A DNA stretch of 61,765 bases from Ancylonema sp. (Eukaryota), in contig JBFLGF010000157.1 in NCBI GenBank assembly GCA_050230475.1, positions 1 to 61,765 on the forward strand, in the 5' to 3' direction. A program made the translations under genes and the position numbers. This document shows positions 17,610-29,708 of this stretch, in pieces. Position 1 is the stretch's first letter. The number at the start of each line of letters is the position of its first letter. A model generated the notes under the pieces. The model ran no database searches. It was not told where the DNA came from and worked only from the letters and a program-made list of their open reading frames with translations.

Positions 17610-18767
17610 TTGGCGAGAACTTGTTTTTTAACCGGTTTTGAGATGAAGCCGTTTTGCACCTCGGAAACGAGGACATTTTATATGGTTTTCTCATTCCTGC
17701 TATCACATACGTATTAACGTCCGTCGAAATTTCCGTTCAGTTTTTTTTGGTGGTTTGGTAACCACCAAAAGTTTAAAGTTCCGACACTTTTGCTATGTAC
17801 AATATCGAAAAGCACGAATAAAAGTTATCGTAAAAACATATGGGCGATAGATGTGGACGGCAGATGTCCAAATTGCTTGATTTTCATCCAGTCCAAGACC
17901 AGGTTTTCTTGGCCGAAAGTTTCACAAGTGTTATCCGCCTAATACGCGCATGAGAGTATGATCGCCACTATCGTACAAAGATGAAGTATACGAAATATGT
18001 AATCCGATCGCTACAAGTTTTTCAAAGTACAGCCTAGCATCGCATTTGGATGTCGTTTTCCTATAATAATAATCAAAATGGTGGGGATGTCTTAGGTTCA
18101 ATGATTCAACAATCACGCCAAAGGAGACCATCACACTACACAAGGTGTTTATTCATGGTTACTAATTTCATGATAAACATATCGATCCATTTCATGAAAA
18201 ACATGATTTTTGGAGTGATGATGTAATATTACCGGGGGGGGGGGGGGGGGATAGGTTAGGGAAGCTATTGTGAAGCTATTTTCCCGACACCTTTTTTACT
18301 ACATTTCCAAATTGTTGTCCATAATGGGGGGAACCGGTTCCAACTAAGATCCGGTTCCGAACGGTTTGGAACTCGTGCAACTATTCCGCGAACGCAAACA
18401 ATACAATGGGGTTACTTCCGCAATTTGAATTGACAACCTGGCTAGTCCGTATCCGACACTAACCGGAGACGGCTTAGTTACAAGGTGCATCGTAGTCATA
18501 CGATATGGCTCATGCCCTCTTACCTTCTTTTGACGCTAGTAATACATGGAGCAAGAGGTAACTCTCATGCTAATCGTATATTTCATGGGATTTTATGCAG
18601 CAAAAAACAATGTCCTCACGGTTATAGCTTGCAACCATGCTTTGACTCCAACCGATCCGAAAATAATCGAGCCCAATCCGAGCCACAAAGTCCTTACCCC
18701 TTCGAAAAAGCAAAAAACAGTCAAACAAAAACTTGATCTTTTCATCATAAACGCCATAACCTTCTAC

Positions 18768-21700
18768 TCAACCACTAATCCCCAAAGCCACTCCAAAACA
18801 ACCTTCCTTTTCCCCACCCCCCACTCGTTTCTCTGATACACAAGGCAACGTTTCCCATACGCTCAAAGATGGTGAACCTGCGATTGCCCAAACAAAAAAG
18901 AACGGATCTCAGAGCACAAACGGACGCACAGTTCCCAAATTTTCCACCTGAAAGCTTGAACTTTGCTCAAATTGCCCAAAATTACTCAATTTTGATCAAT
19001 CTTGCTAAAAGATTCCGCAAAAACAGACAACGAAAGGATTTCAAACAAATCAACCCATCAGTTTTCGGCCCCTAGTTGAGGCACATGAGGACACCAAGGT
19101 GACATGGCACTAGGGTCGTAAACGTGACGTCAGCTGAATTTCGATCCCGTTCACACAACGTAATTACGGCGTAAAATCGTGGCGTTCATAACTAACCTGG
19201 TAGACTTCCCCTTTCCACCCACACGGCTGCCACGTGTGCAGGGCTGGGCTGAAACACCGGGAAGTGCCATCTGTGAGATGCTGACGTGGCATCGGACATG
19301 GACATGGCCTCGGAACTTTCTGACGTGGCGTCTGATGATGACGTCACGGCGTCACCTTCGAAGGACGATGATGAGGACGACGATGATGACGTGGCATATG
19401 ACGTGGCAAACTCTTGTGATACCAGCCGGAGGGCGATCTCCACCACCTAGTCATCAAGAGTCAGCCATTCGTTACGAGAAACCCAGACATAGCAACAACA
19501 CTCTACCCATTTAGTGATCTTCTGCAAAGGGAGTTTTGTCCATGTTCTGTAGACTCCACACCCCACAACGGGGACACCCGGATACAGTCACAAAACCCCA
19601 GTGGGAAGTTTTCCATCTCCCCAAAACGAGCCTTCACAGTAATGGGGAAGAAGGTGATCACTACACGCTTTTTTGAAGCGGGATGGTAATTACAGAAACA
19701 AACACACCCCTCAACCACCATCCACGTAGCCATGAAAACATCAAATACTCCAAAAACGTGCACACCGCCTCTTCAATTCTTCTGTCCAAATCCCCCTCCC
19801 CTCATTAACTGTACCATTAATTACAATTTATAATGACATCTGGTCCCTTCACCCCCCCACCTGGGGATGGGGGGGCAGGCCTGTGGAAGACTGCAGGAGG
19901 GAATGAAGGTGGGGGGCAAGCGACAGCTGGACGTCGAAATTCCGTAGAGGGGATGCGCTTATTCCGAGGCCCAGAGCTTTCACGTATGCTTCCTGGAAGG
20001 CATTATAGAAGACATGAGATGAACGTATTTGTGACTTGGCATACATGTCTGAATGTGTGAACCATACATACATTCAGGAATGTATGAATGGTTCACACCA
20101 TGTTCTTGGATGATTTTTCCTACTTGGCTGCATGTACGCGACAGTCACATTCTACTCAACAGTCACATTCTACTGATTAGAATGTGAACATCCCCAACCC
20201 CACCCCCCACCCCCGATAAAAAAAGGTTTTTTTTTTATTACAAAACGGCAATCTGAAGTAACCGAGCCTCGGTAACTCGCAAATCACATTGTCTAGTCCA
20301 CATAACAAAAGAGCCAAAAATGAGTGCAAACGAGAATACGACTCTTCTTGGTATCATCTTGGTATGTCACTCTAGGATGGTACTCACACAGAAATAAAAA
20401 CCCCAATTGCCAAACAGGCTGAGCTTTCAAATGCAGAAAAAAAAAAAAAAAAAAAAAAAAACACGGCAGAAAACGTGGCAGCTGTCCACCCCTCCCTGGC
20501 TCCTCCCCTGACCTTGAGGGTCCACAGCCTGAGGAACTGCTGCCTCTGCTCCTCGGGATCACGGAACCCGCCCACCCACTCGGCCTCCAGAACTGATAAC
20601 CGCCTATGGGCCAGGGCTAAGGGCCCACTACCCCGGAGTTTCCGCGAAGTTTCCTCCACGTCCACGCCGATCTGGAAACAAACATTGTTGTCTTGGTTGA
20701 GTTTACTGTTTAAATTGCTCCTGAATGTGTAAAATGTGTAAAATTACAACAGGATCCAGGGTGCGGTTATTGCAAACAAATGGGTTGATGTACCAGAGAT
20801 TGGGGATCACGTTCGTAGCATTCAGGATTCTGAGGTGAAAAAAATACGAGGTCAGAAAGTGAGACATGACAAATCAAACGCGTGACGGGGCTGTTTGAGT
20901 TGCAAAGAACGCCGACAGTAAGGGGGTGGGGGGTGGGGGAATAAAATTCAAAAATCTGTTCTCACCTGACGCCCTGACGTGACACCGCACGTTATGAGAG
21001 ATTTGGTATGACTGACGTTGAATTGAAGGGGGGGTTTGCACGCTTCGCCCTCTTCTTTCATTGGTCCACGTCGATTGTGGGTCACATATGGAGGGTTGCA
21101 CAGCTGCCAGCAGGGATGGGGTCAGGAGACAATATGGACAGCTGGCGTGAGCTGGAAGCGCCAGGTGGAATCATCAGGAAGTGCCACGTGGCAATACGTC
21201 CGGATCCAAAAAGGTTTGGGAGACGTTTCATGAACTTGTCATGCATGCTTCATAGATCTAAATGCAAATCTCTGTATAGGCACACCCTCTACAAAGGTGC
21301 CCAAATCTGGAATGTCTTCTGAACTCTACCTTATGCTGAGGGACAAGATCACTGAAGGCACCAAGATATCCTTACTCGAAACTGTGCCTTCAGAAAGATT
21401 TCACTGTAATGATTTCATGTGTCAAGTACAGAGGTCAGGCTTTCATTGGGCCAAAGAAGAAAGTTGTTTCGTCTCTGCCACCCCTGTCACTCTACCACCT
21501 GTCACTCTGCCACCTGTCAGGTTTGTGTTTCCTTGACGACATCGAAGGTGCGATTGAGATATGGAACCGAATACGCTGATGGAGTTCAGAAAGAAAGGGG
21601 GAAAGAAAAGTTTAAGAAGATGGCAGGTGCGTGCACTCCCCAGGAATCGTAGGACTCAAGTGGTTTCCTTACACTGGGTTGGTCTACAAGTCATTTGCTT

Positions 21701-22984
21701 GGGGTGACGCTTCAAGCTAACTCGGGTCCCTTTCGAACCACTCACCTCTGGTTTCCCATGGCGGTTTTTGCGGAAGACAAGATCAACCGGTTCGACTTCC
21801 CCGCCACAATCTGGGCAATTCAGAAATATCGTACACAGATCAGAAATCATTGATTCTATCCGTCTGACACTAGGCTATTCTATTTTTTGACATGTTTCAT
21901 GTGTGTGTGTGTGTGTACATTGATAATTCATATTAATGTATGGTGGAGGAGTGATCCAATATATATGCAATTGTTTGCAAGTAGCAAAATATATGGTCAG
22001 CCGCAAAACACCTCACAAGCAGAAAGTATATTCACTCAGAAACTTTTCTTGCTTCACATGTAGACTTGTCAAAAAATCAGCAGCTGTCATGTGATGAAAG
22101 AGTTGTTATGGTCTCAATGAGTAAGCTGCGGCTCAGCGAAATGCATCATGCACTACAGAGGAGTTCTTCCTGTCCGGTTTCCGTTGTGTTCTGAAGCACA
22201 CCGACATGTCTACTCTGAGGCGATATTTGTAATATGTTTTTGGAAGTTCAGTGAGGACACAGTACGGATTGTCATCTCCTCAAAGTTCTTCCGTACATCT
22301 TGCAAGGGTGATGCGTACGAGAGCTTTGGACAGCACGCGGTGGTTGCGTATCGATGGCGACGCCGCTTCTGCCACGTGGCGTTGCTCCATCGGACACAGA
22401 AGCGAGTGGTACAGATCCAACAAGGCCGTGTCCTTCACTTGTTCCGGGAAAAGGCACCAGAGATGCGTCTCCCTGTATGCACCTTTTTCACGCTGACGTC
22501 ACGCATCCTCATTGTGACGTCAGACGGAGGTGTCGAATGTGTGATGGGAGGCTTCATGTCCTGTGCGATGGACTAATGAGGAATGTACTTGTATTGCCCA
22601 CAGCTTGCCGTTTTCACAGTCGATTACGAGAGTCAGGACATGATCAGAGGTTTCGAGTGTCATTCTTTTATGTAGCTCTACCGGAATCATACATGTATTT
22701 TAATTCTTGCGGTATATCCTTAGGATATAGGATATAGGATATTCTTATTAGGTTGTGACGGTTTGTCACCTGGCAAGATTTCATAAAATTTTCAAAACAC
22801 TTTTCAAACGAAAAATATGTCTGCAACAAATGGGACGTGAGTCGCTTCTCGAAATGAATTTTCATATGCATTACATACGGTCATTGGAGCTGGCTGACAA
22901 TTGCGCTGTTACCACTCACAGAGGGCCAGGGGGTGGTTTAAGAATATTGGCGCTCATCATCCTTGAAATGCAGGGGAACTGCAT
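18768..22984 (-). CDS. 4'-phosphopantetheinyl transferase (Sfp/AASDHPPT-type holo-ACP synthase, plant type), 8 exons
   Basis: Exons 22984-22920, 22472-22297, 21810-21746, 21103-20966, 20671-20513, 19992-19861, 19446-19197, 18877-18768. All introns are GT-AG and phase-consistent. Motifs: ETHLW, LVRITLARY, FRKNRHGKPE, LQFNVSHT, IGVDVEE, FLRLWTLKEAYVKALGLG. The start codon is uncertain (22984 or 22960, or an extra upstream exon). Confidence 0.92.
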
Positions 22985-23553
22985 GGGACTATTCCAACAT
23001 GAGAAACAATATTCTCCAGATTTATCTCGACATTTACGGCGAAAAAGCTAGTTCAGGATATTCAGATAGGCAGACAAATGATAGTCACAATCGAGAGCCC
23101 TCATGTGCTAATCTACTTCTGCGGTGCAGAGTCTGCACTGCAGACAGATAGCCAAAAACGCGCCAACGCGCGCCCGTGGAAAGTGCGCAGGGAACTGTGG
23201 GACGTCAGAAACCAACGGCACAAGTACCAGGAGAAGTCGCCAAAACGCTGTCTGGCGAAATCAGTCGTAAACGCCAGTATGGCACAACTATTTCAACCGC
23301 TCTGTACAGGTTTTGCGCCGGTTTGTGTCCAAAATTCGCCAGATGAGCGCAGCTTTGCGCTGATGAGCTCAAAATGGGCGCAAAACACAATCGAGTGTGT
23401 ACACCGGTACAGAGAGCGCACCCTGATGCAGGCTAGCACTGTGGTTAAATTTGGGACAAGTGTTTCCTGCTGCTGATCGACATCATTTGTTAGGGGTCTA
23501 CAACCATATCCTACTATTCAAATTCAGTATAGGAAGTCACACAGCTTACTGAA
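22985..23553. promoter_or_regulatory. Probable bidirectional promoter / 5'UTR region between the PPTase and COQ4 genes
   Basis: Two divergent start codons about 570 bp apart, with a CpG-rich core and no recognisable TE. TSSs cannot be determined from the sequence. Confidence 0.55.
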
Positions 23554-25247
23554 ATGATAAGACTGAGAGGCCTCAGCGCCCTGGGGACGTTGACGACAAA
23601 GCACGGGCAGCAACTAACATCTCACTGTAGAAAAGGCGAGTGGCTATATAATTTGTCATATATATATATATATATTTTTTTTACATGGATTTTCACCTTT
23701 ACATGTACTTTTGTTGCTCACACCGCCACGAGCTGCTTTACAGTACAGGGGAGGTGACGAGAGGGTACCACACTGAGCAAGGATCACGCACCCGACTGAA
23801 CATGTAATTAATAACAAAACCTTTTTGTCAAAGCAGAAATTCACAGGTACAAATGAAGTACCCTTGTGTATTTATGCCTTCGATTGAATTTTCAAGTCAC
23901 TCAGTTCAATTGTTTTGCCACACCCGTCTGCCAGTCGGATCTGCGTCCTCGTCCACCTACACAGCAACAACTGCATGGCAGAGAGCTGCCATAGCTGCAG
24001 TTTCTGCGGTGGGAGCCCTGGCCAATCCCGCACGTGCAGACCTGGTGGCTGCTTTGGGGGAAACCACGGGGGAAATGGCGTACCGAAAAATACGCCAGCG
24101 AATGGAAGTGGATCCAGAGGGCAGGGTACCCGCTCTGAGCTCTATTATGTGTATCCTCGATCCTTCTATTATCACCACCACTGTTGTATATATTGAAGTG
24201 CTCCCTTGTTTCCCCATTTTATCCATTGGACAGGCCAAATTATATCACCGTGAACACATTGTCCCAACCTCCCAATCTAATCAAACTTCAAACCCCTCTG
24301 GTTCCTCTCCCCTCTTCGCAGGAGGTACTGAAAGACCAACCCCGAGTGACTTCCCAATCAGTTTCACACGCCTGGGATCTGCCACCTTGCACCCTCGGGG
24401 CAGCTTACGCGCAGTTCATGGGATCCCGAAATGTCTCTGCGGATGACCGTCCGCCTGTGCGCTTTATTCAGAATCCGGAGCTGGCGTATGTGGCAACAAG
24501 GTGGGATTCTTTTATGTGACAGTGACAAGTTAAAGAGTCACGGAAACTATGAAACGGAAATTGGGGGGTCACTATGAAACTGATTGAGCTAGAACAAGTT
24601 TCTAGTTTGAGGTTGGTGTCAAACGACTTTGCCATACCGTACTGGCCAGAGATAATGACCGAAAATATTTCCGAGAAGGGTGGGTCTTAGAAAGTCAGTT
24701 GGTGAAAGGGTGGGTCATTCTATATGTGGGTCATGAGATGGTATATAGAAAATATGGGAATTTGGGAAATTTCATGATTGGTGGGTCATGAGGGTTTTAA
24801 TTTTTTGTTGTTCAATACCCGGGTCATAGTTTGTAGCGAGCACGGTAATCAACAATGTGGTGGATTTAGTCGTCCGCTCAAGCCTTTTGCTAAAAGTGGA
24901 CTTTTGCTAACTATGTATGTCACAGAGCTCGGGAAGTGCACGATTTCTGGCACGTGTTGTTTGATCTTCCCACATCCGTTTCTGGGGAACTTTTGTTGAA
25001 GATGGTGGAACTCGTTCAAACGGGTCTCCCAATGTGCGGTCTCTCGGTTATTGGAGGGCCACTACGGTTATCCGTAAAGCAGAGGGAGGTTTTGAGGACG
25101 GTTCATTACCCGTGGGCAGTGAAAGCGGGGCTCAATGCGGCGGATCTCATGTGCATTTATTATGAGAAGCATCTAGAAGAGGATCTGGAAGATTTGAGGC
25201 GGAAATGGAGAATAACTCCAGCAACGTTGAAAGCAACCAAGTTCTAG
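23554..25247 (+). CDS. COQ4: Ubiquinone biosynthesis protein COQ4, mitochondrial (4 exons)
   Basis: Exons 23554-23635 (GC donor AAG|GCGAGT), 23935-24125, 24322-24500, 24926-25247. Motifs: [37 protein letters not shown]...GELLLK (HDxxH-x11-E), CIYYEKH. Exon 1 is less certain than exons 2-4. Confidence 0.94.
24637..24845. mobile_element. Degenerate Tc1/mariner-like MITE in COQ4 intron 3
   Basis: TA|CCGTACTGGCCAGAGATAATGACC at the left end and GGTCATAGTTTGTAGCGAGCACGG|TA at the right end. Same terminus family as 36764-37008. Confidence 0.65.
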
Positions 25248-26304
25248 CCGGTTTTTGCCGCGTCTTTGCCTTGTGAATCTCGCAATGGGCCTACATAGAG
25301 ATATAAACATTTTGGGGGCCTACTGCATGTAATGTATGTGTGACAAGATCCGCGGACGTTAGTAACAAGGAGTAAAGTACTTCCCGCGAGTACATATTGT
25401 ATAGTTTAGTTCAGCGCATAAAAAATAATTGGAATTTACCAAGAAACGTGGTTGGGACTAAGAGTATTTTACAAAGCAAAGGCCTCATGCAAATTTGTAG
25501 TGGGGAAACATCTTAGAGATGTATATACAAGATACGCTGGCCACTTCGACTTTTCTTGTTGTGTTGGGCGAAAGGCTCTTAAAAACGCCTAGCCTTGACG
25601 TGGTTTGTGCATTATTTTTTGGATCAATAACGGCGAAATTGCTTACATTTTGTGATTCTGATGCAAGACTAGACATGCGCCAACGACAAAACCATATGTT
25701 TCCTTGCCGCCCTACTACTATACCGTGCATGAGGTTCCTTGCCCAATATTTTTAAAACGGTATGCAACGATAGAGTATTAGGGATGAAAAGGGGCACTAA
25801 GCTGTCTCGAGCCACAAGGTGGATTGCAATGTGGGGTGCTAAAGGGTGTCGTAGTGAATATGTTTGTGTCCTTTTATTGAGAGTCATGCACTGTTATAGA
25901 GGAGCGGGTGGTTTTATCCGTTCTAGCAGACCTTTGAGTGGTTATATAGAGTGTTCCATACGCCAACGTTGAAATATGGTGACTTAGTAGCTTCTGCGAA
26001 TCTTCATAGTGCTTGAGTATGATTGGCACCACCCACCTACTTGCCCCCCAATCATTGGGATATGGCTTTCGTCAAACAGTAATTAACAATCGGGGTTGCT
26101 CTGCCATAAGTCACATAGTTGCACGGGCCAGGGGTCCGGGGCCCCGAGGTCCGGGTTCCGGACCGGGGTCCGTCCTTTCGGGTCAACAATTCGGACCGGC
26201 TCTTTAGGGTAGTACCTGTTTAGGGTAGCATCTCTTTTTTGGGAGTTTTGAGGAGTTTTCGTGGAGGAAAAAATCCGGATTTTTTTTTTTTCGAGAGTAA
26301 AAAT

Positions 26305-27246
26305 CATAGTTGCACGAACCGGCTGTTTTTGTTTTTGGGAACCGGTTCTGAGATGGAACCGTTTCGGAACCGGACGAACCGGGAGACTTTTAGGGTTTTG
26401 CTCCTTCCCGCAGTAGAACATTTTGTCCCTCTCAAAAAACGCACGCGGGGGAAATAAATCGTTGTAAATGTTCATGTTGGTGACTCCACGTCACTTTCAA
26501 ACGCTAAAATTTGGAAATACGTCATCGAAAAAAGATGGCGCGGCCATTGTTAGTTTCAATTTGCTTTATTTCGCGCCATGGCAAGACGTGGTGCATTTTC
26601 ATTGGCAGAAAACAGCACGCGACCTTCCACTATGAAAATCGTCGGAGAAGCAAGGGACGTGAAAGGTAGGAAAATTGAGTAGGAAGAAAATGGTTATAAA
26701 TGGAGTGCCGTAGCTTTGAGCAGACGATTGAAAAGGAAAAACGCACGGAAAGTTGAATCGAATGTCGAGTGGCAATACAAAACGGGTGACAACATCATGT
26801 CGCAATATTTTCACATGGCATCAAAGCACGGAATGGGAATGAGTAAACAGATATGGAATGTAATTTTTTGGATGATTGAAAAAAAAAGTGAAACTGAAAC
26901 TCGAACTAGTTATATGACTATTTTTACATTAATAGCAAGAAAGTGTGTAGAGAAGTGAGCAAAACAGAGAGATGCACCAAAAGCAAATGGATACACTCAT
27001 GAGAAAAATCGTTTTGAGTTTTTTTACAATGTGTATGATTTGATTGTTTTTTTTTTCAATAGACCATGAAGTGGTACAAAAAAAAAAAAAAAAAAAACGA
27101 TTTTTTTCGAGCCATATAGCCAAATACCGTTTAAGTGAAAAAAAAAAAAACCCAAAATCCCGCGGTTCCGAACCGCGGCCACTTTTGCCGGAACCGGTTC
27201 CATTTAAGATCCGGTTCGGAAACGGTCCGGAGTTCGTGCAACCATG
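26305..27246 (-). mobile_element. Non-autonomous hAT element (inverted copy of 16414-17334)
   Basis: TIRs CATAGTTGCACGAAC and GTTCGTGCAACCATG. Perfect TSD GTAAAAAT. Confidence 0.93.
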
Positions 27247-27345
27247 GTAAAAATATATCCATCATCGGCTTCACATCGTATGCAAATGTCAAAAGAATGT
27301 TTGACATAACAAATAAATAATGAAAACCTGGTATGCATCAGAGTA

Positions 27346-28009
27346 CCGTACTGGGCACCGTAAACGATTTTTAATTAATTATTGAAACCCGAAAGTAATC
27401 ATTTAAATTAATTACTAAATGGTTAAAAAAGGATACTCAAAATCATCGATAAATCCCGTTTTAGGAATCATTTACGGGAAATTCGGGGTCACCTGGATGT
27501 GACTCTTGATGTGATGAAACGGGGTACACGACAAAGTTGACACGTGTAAAAGGACACATTTTTGGACGAGTGATATTTACGACGTCAGAAACTACGTACC
27601 GGGCACTGAAGTCCCAAGATACGGGAAATAATACCGACTAGACGCGCTACACGACAAATTAAGACCATACCTAACGACAAAATTGTGATCGATCGAGATA
27701 TCGTGACTAGTACGAGTGCTTGCCACGTGCAATTGTGACGTCAAAATGTACGGTAAATATGTACGAATGACCTAGATAAGGACAAATCATTTGATTTTAA
27801 ATTCCTAAACAAGGAAATCTTTTACGCTTTTTAGTCCTACGATCCGGAATCATCCCCAAAAATCATCGATAATAACTAAAGGATTCATGGAATCATTACC
27901 AGAAATCATCGATACTAACGGAATCCCGGACTAACGGATCATTTTGAAAACTCTTTACGAAAATAATAAATTTTGGAAAAACAGAAATCATTTAGGGTGC
28001 CCAGTACGG
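27346..28009. mobile_element. Tc1/mariner-like MITE (TA TSD)
   Basis: TA|CCGTACTGGGCACCGTAAACGATTT at the left end and AAATCATTTAGGGTGCCCAGTACGG|TA at the right end. TIR of about 25 bp with 2 mismatches. Confidence 0.88.
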
Positions 28010-28722
28010 TATAGCGTTTTTTACCACTTCCCAAGCAATCACTTGGGGAGATGCTCTAGGTCAATTGGGATGATTACAAATACGCCTTTCTTTTTTACAT
28101 TTGTTAGAATCTAATGATGAAATTATGCACATGAAATGAATATTTTTCATGATGAAGGGCACTAGTATCATGAAATTATTTAAAATTTAAAACACCCATA
28201 TCCAACATTTTATAATCTGGATTGTTATTTACGCCCACAATCTTGTATTCTCGCTTCACTCTATCTTAACAACACACTCCACACTTCTCACTTTCATGTT
28301 TGACATAAATAAATGGTCAAGTTCCCTCTGTATTATTTACTTGCCATATCAAAAGACATGCGTGCCAACAACTCCATATTTATATGAAACTTCAAAAAAC
28401 CCACTACAACTTCTACACCCACAAATTTGTTCTTGTTTTTCACTTCACCCATAACACACTCTCTTTCTGTTTACACAACCTTGAATGACTTCCTATCCCT
28501 ACTTCCCACTCCTCACTAGACACTCCTAAGTAATGACTCGCCTAAATATGATACACGCCAAATTTTGTGACCCAAAGTGAGGCGTATTCAAATTTAACAA
28601 AGCAATTCCGTAGGCTTATTGAAATGACCAATCATATAAATTTATTTCACTAAACAATGAAACTCATATCAGGAAACCATGAAGATCGCCATTCCTTCCA
28701 TTGCATGTTATCGACTGGAGAC

Positions 28723-29708
28723 CATAGTTGCACGAAAACGGCAGAAATGCCTGCAAACGCCGTATTGTAAAAATGTACGTGCGGAATACGTGCGGACGGC
28801 GAAATTTGCAAACGGCGTTTGCAAAACGTTTGCAAATGTTCGAAGTTGCAAACGTTTTGCAAATGTTAGCAGCTTCATTTCATATTTCTTTATTTTCTTT
28901 GGAGTAAATCTTTGGTAACCGAAGAACAAAAGTTTGGAAGACTCGTCATCATCGGTTCATGACGTTTACCATAGAACGTAACCAATTCAATGTGAAACTT
29001 CCGTCGCACCTTCGTATAGCCAGATGGATCTTCGTCTTCACCGTGGTCTTTACTCACAATAAATAATGGTCAGTATGAATAACTACTTCAATGACAAAAA
29101 CCCATGCCTTAACTGAATCCATGACACTTTGATATATAAAGCATGGGAATTGCATTGAAAAAGACTGGTTCACAACGGATAATATTCCCTATTACTATCC
29201 ACCACCAACTTGCAACTCGTCCGACGAGATGGGTATTTGCAACTACATCATCACTACAAAGCTCTCTAGCAAGTTAATAATAAAAATAATCAAGTAACTA
29301 TTTCGCTCAATATAGTGTCGGGAAAGACAAGAAAAAATATCAAATAAACCAAAAAAACAAATAAAAATAATGAAGTTAAAAAAAACAAAAAAAACAAAAC
29401 TAAATAAACCGTTGTATGGTTTATTTGATTTGTCGAAAAAACGAAAAAGCAAAAACAAAAACTACACGCAAACATTTGCATCCGTATAATCCGTACACGT
29501 TTGCCGCATTTTACGTGCGTATTTCAAACCTTTTCAATCGCTATCGTTTGCATCCGTACAGTCCGTACACGTTTGCCGCATTTCACGGACGTATTCCGGA
29601 CGTTTCCGAGAAAATCCGTACGACGTTTGCCAGGGACGGCACATTGCTTTCGGCCCTGTACGGAAAACGTGCCGTGCATAGTACGGCCCCCGTCCCGATG
29701 CAACTATG
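28723..29708. mobile_element. Non-autonomous hAT element (CGTTTGC subterminal family)
   Basis: Ends CATAGTTGCA and TGCAACTATG. TSD CTGGAGAC/ATGGAGAC. Confidence 0.88.

Noticed and set aside
22148..22737. Plus-strand ORFs of 127-142 aa
   Set aside because: Antisense shadows of PPTase exon 2.
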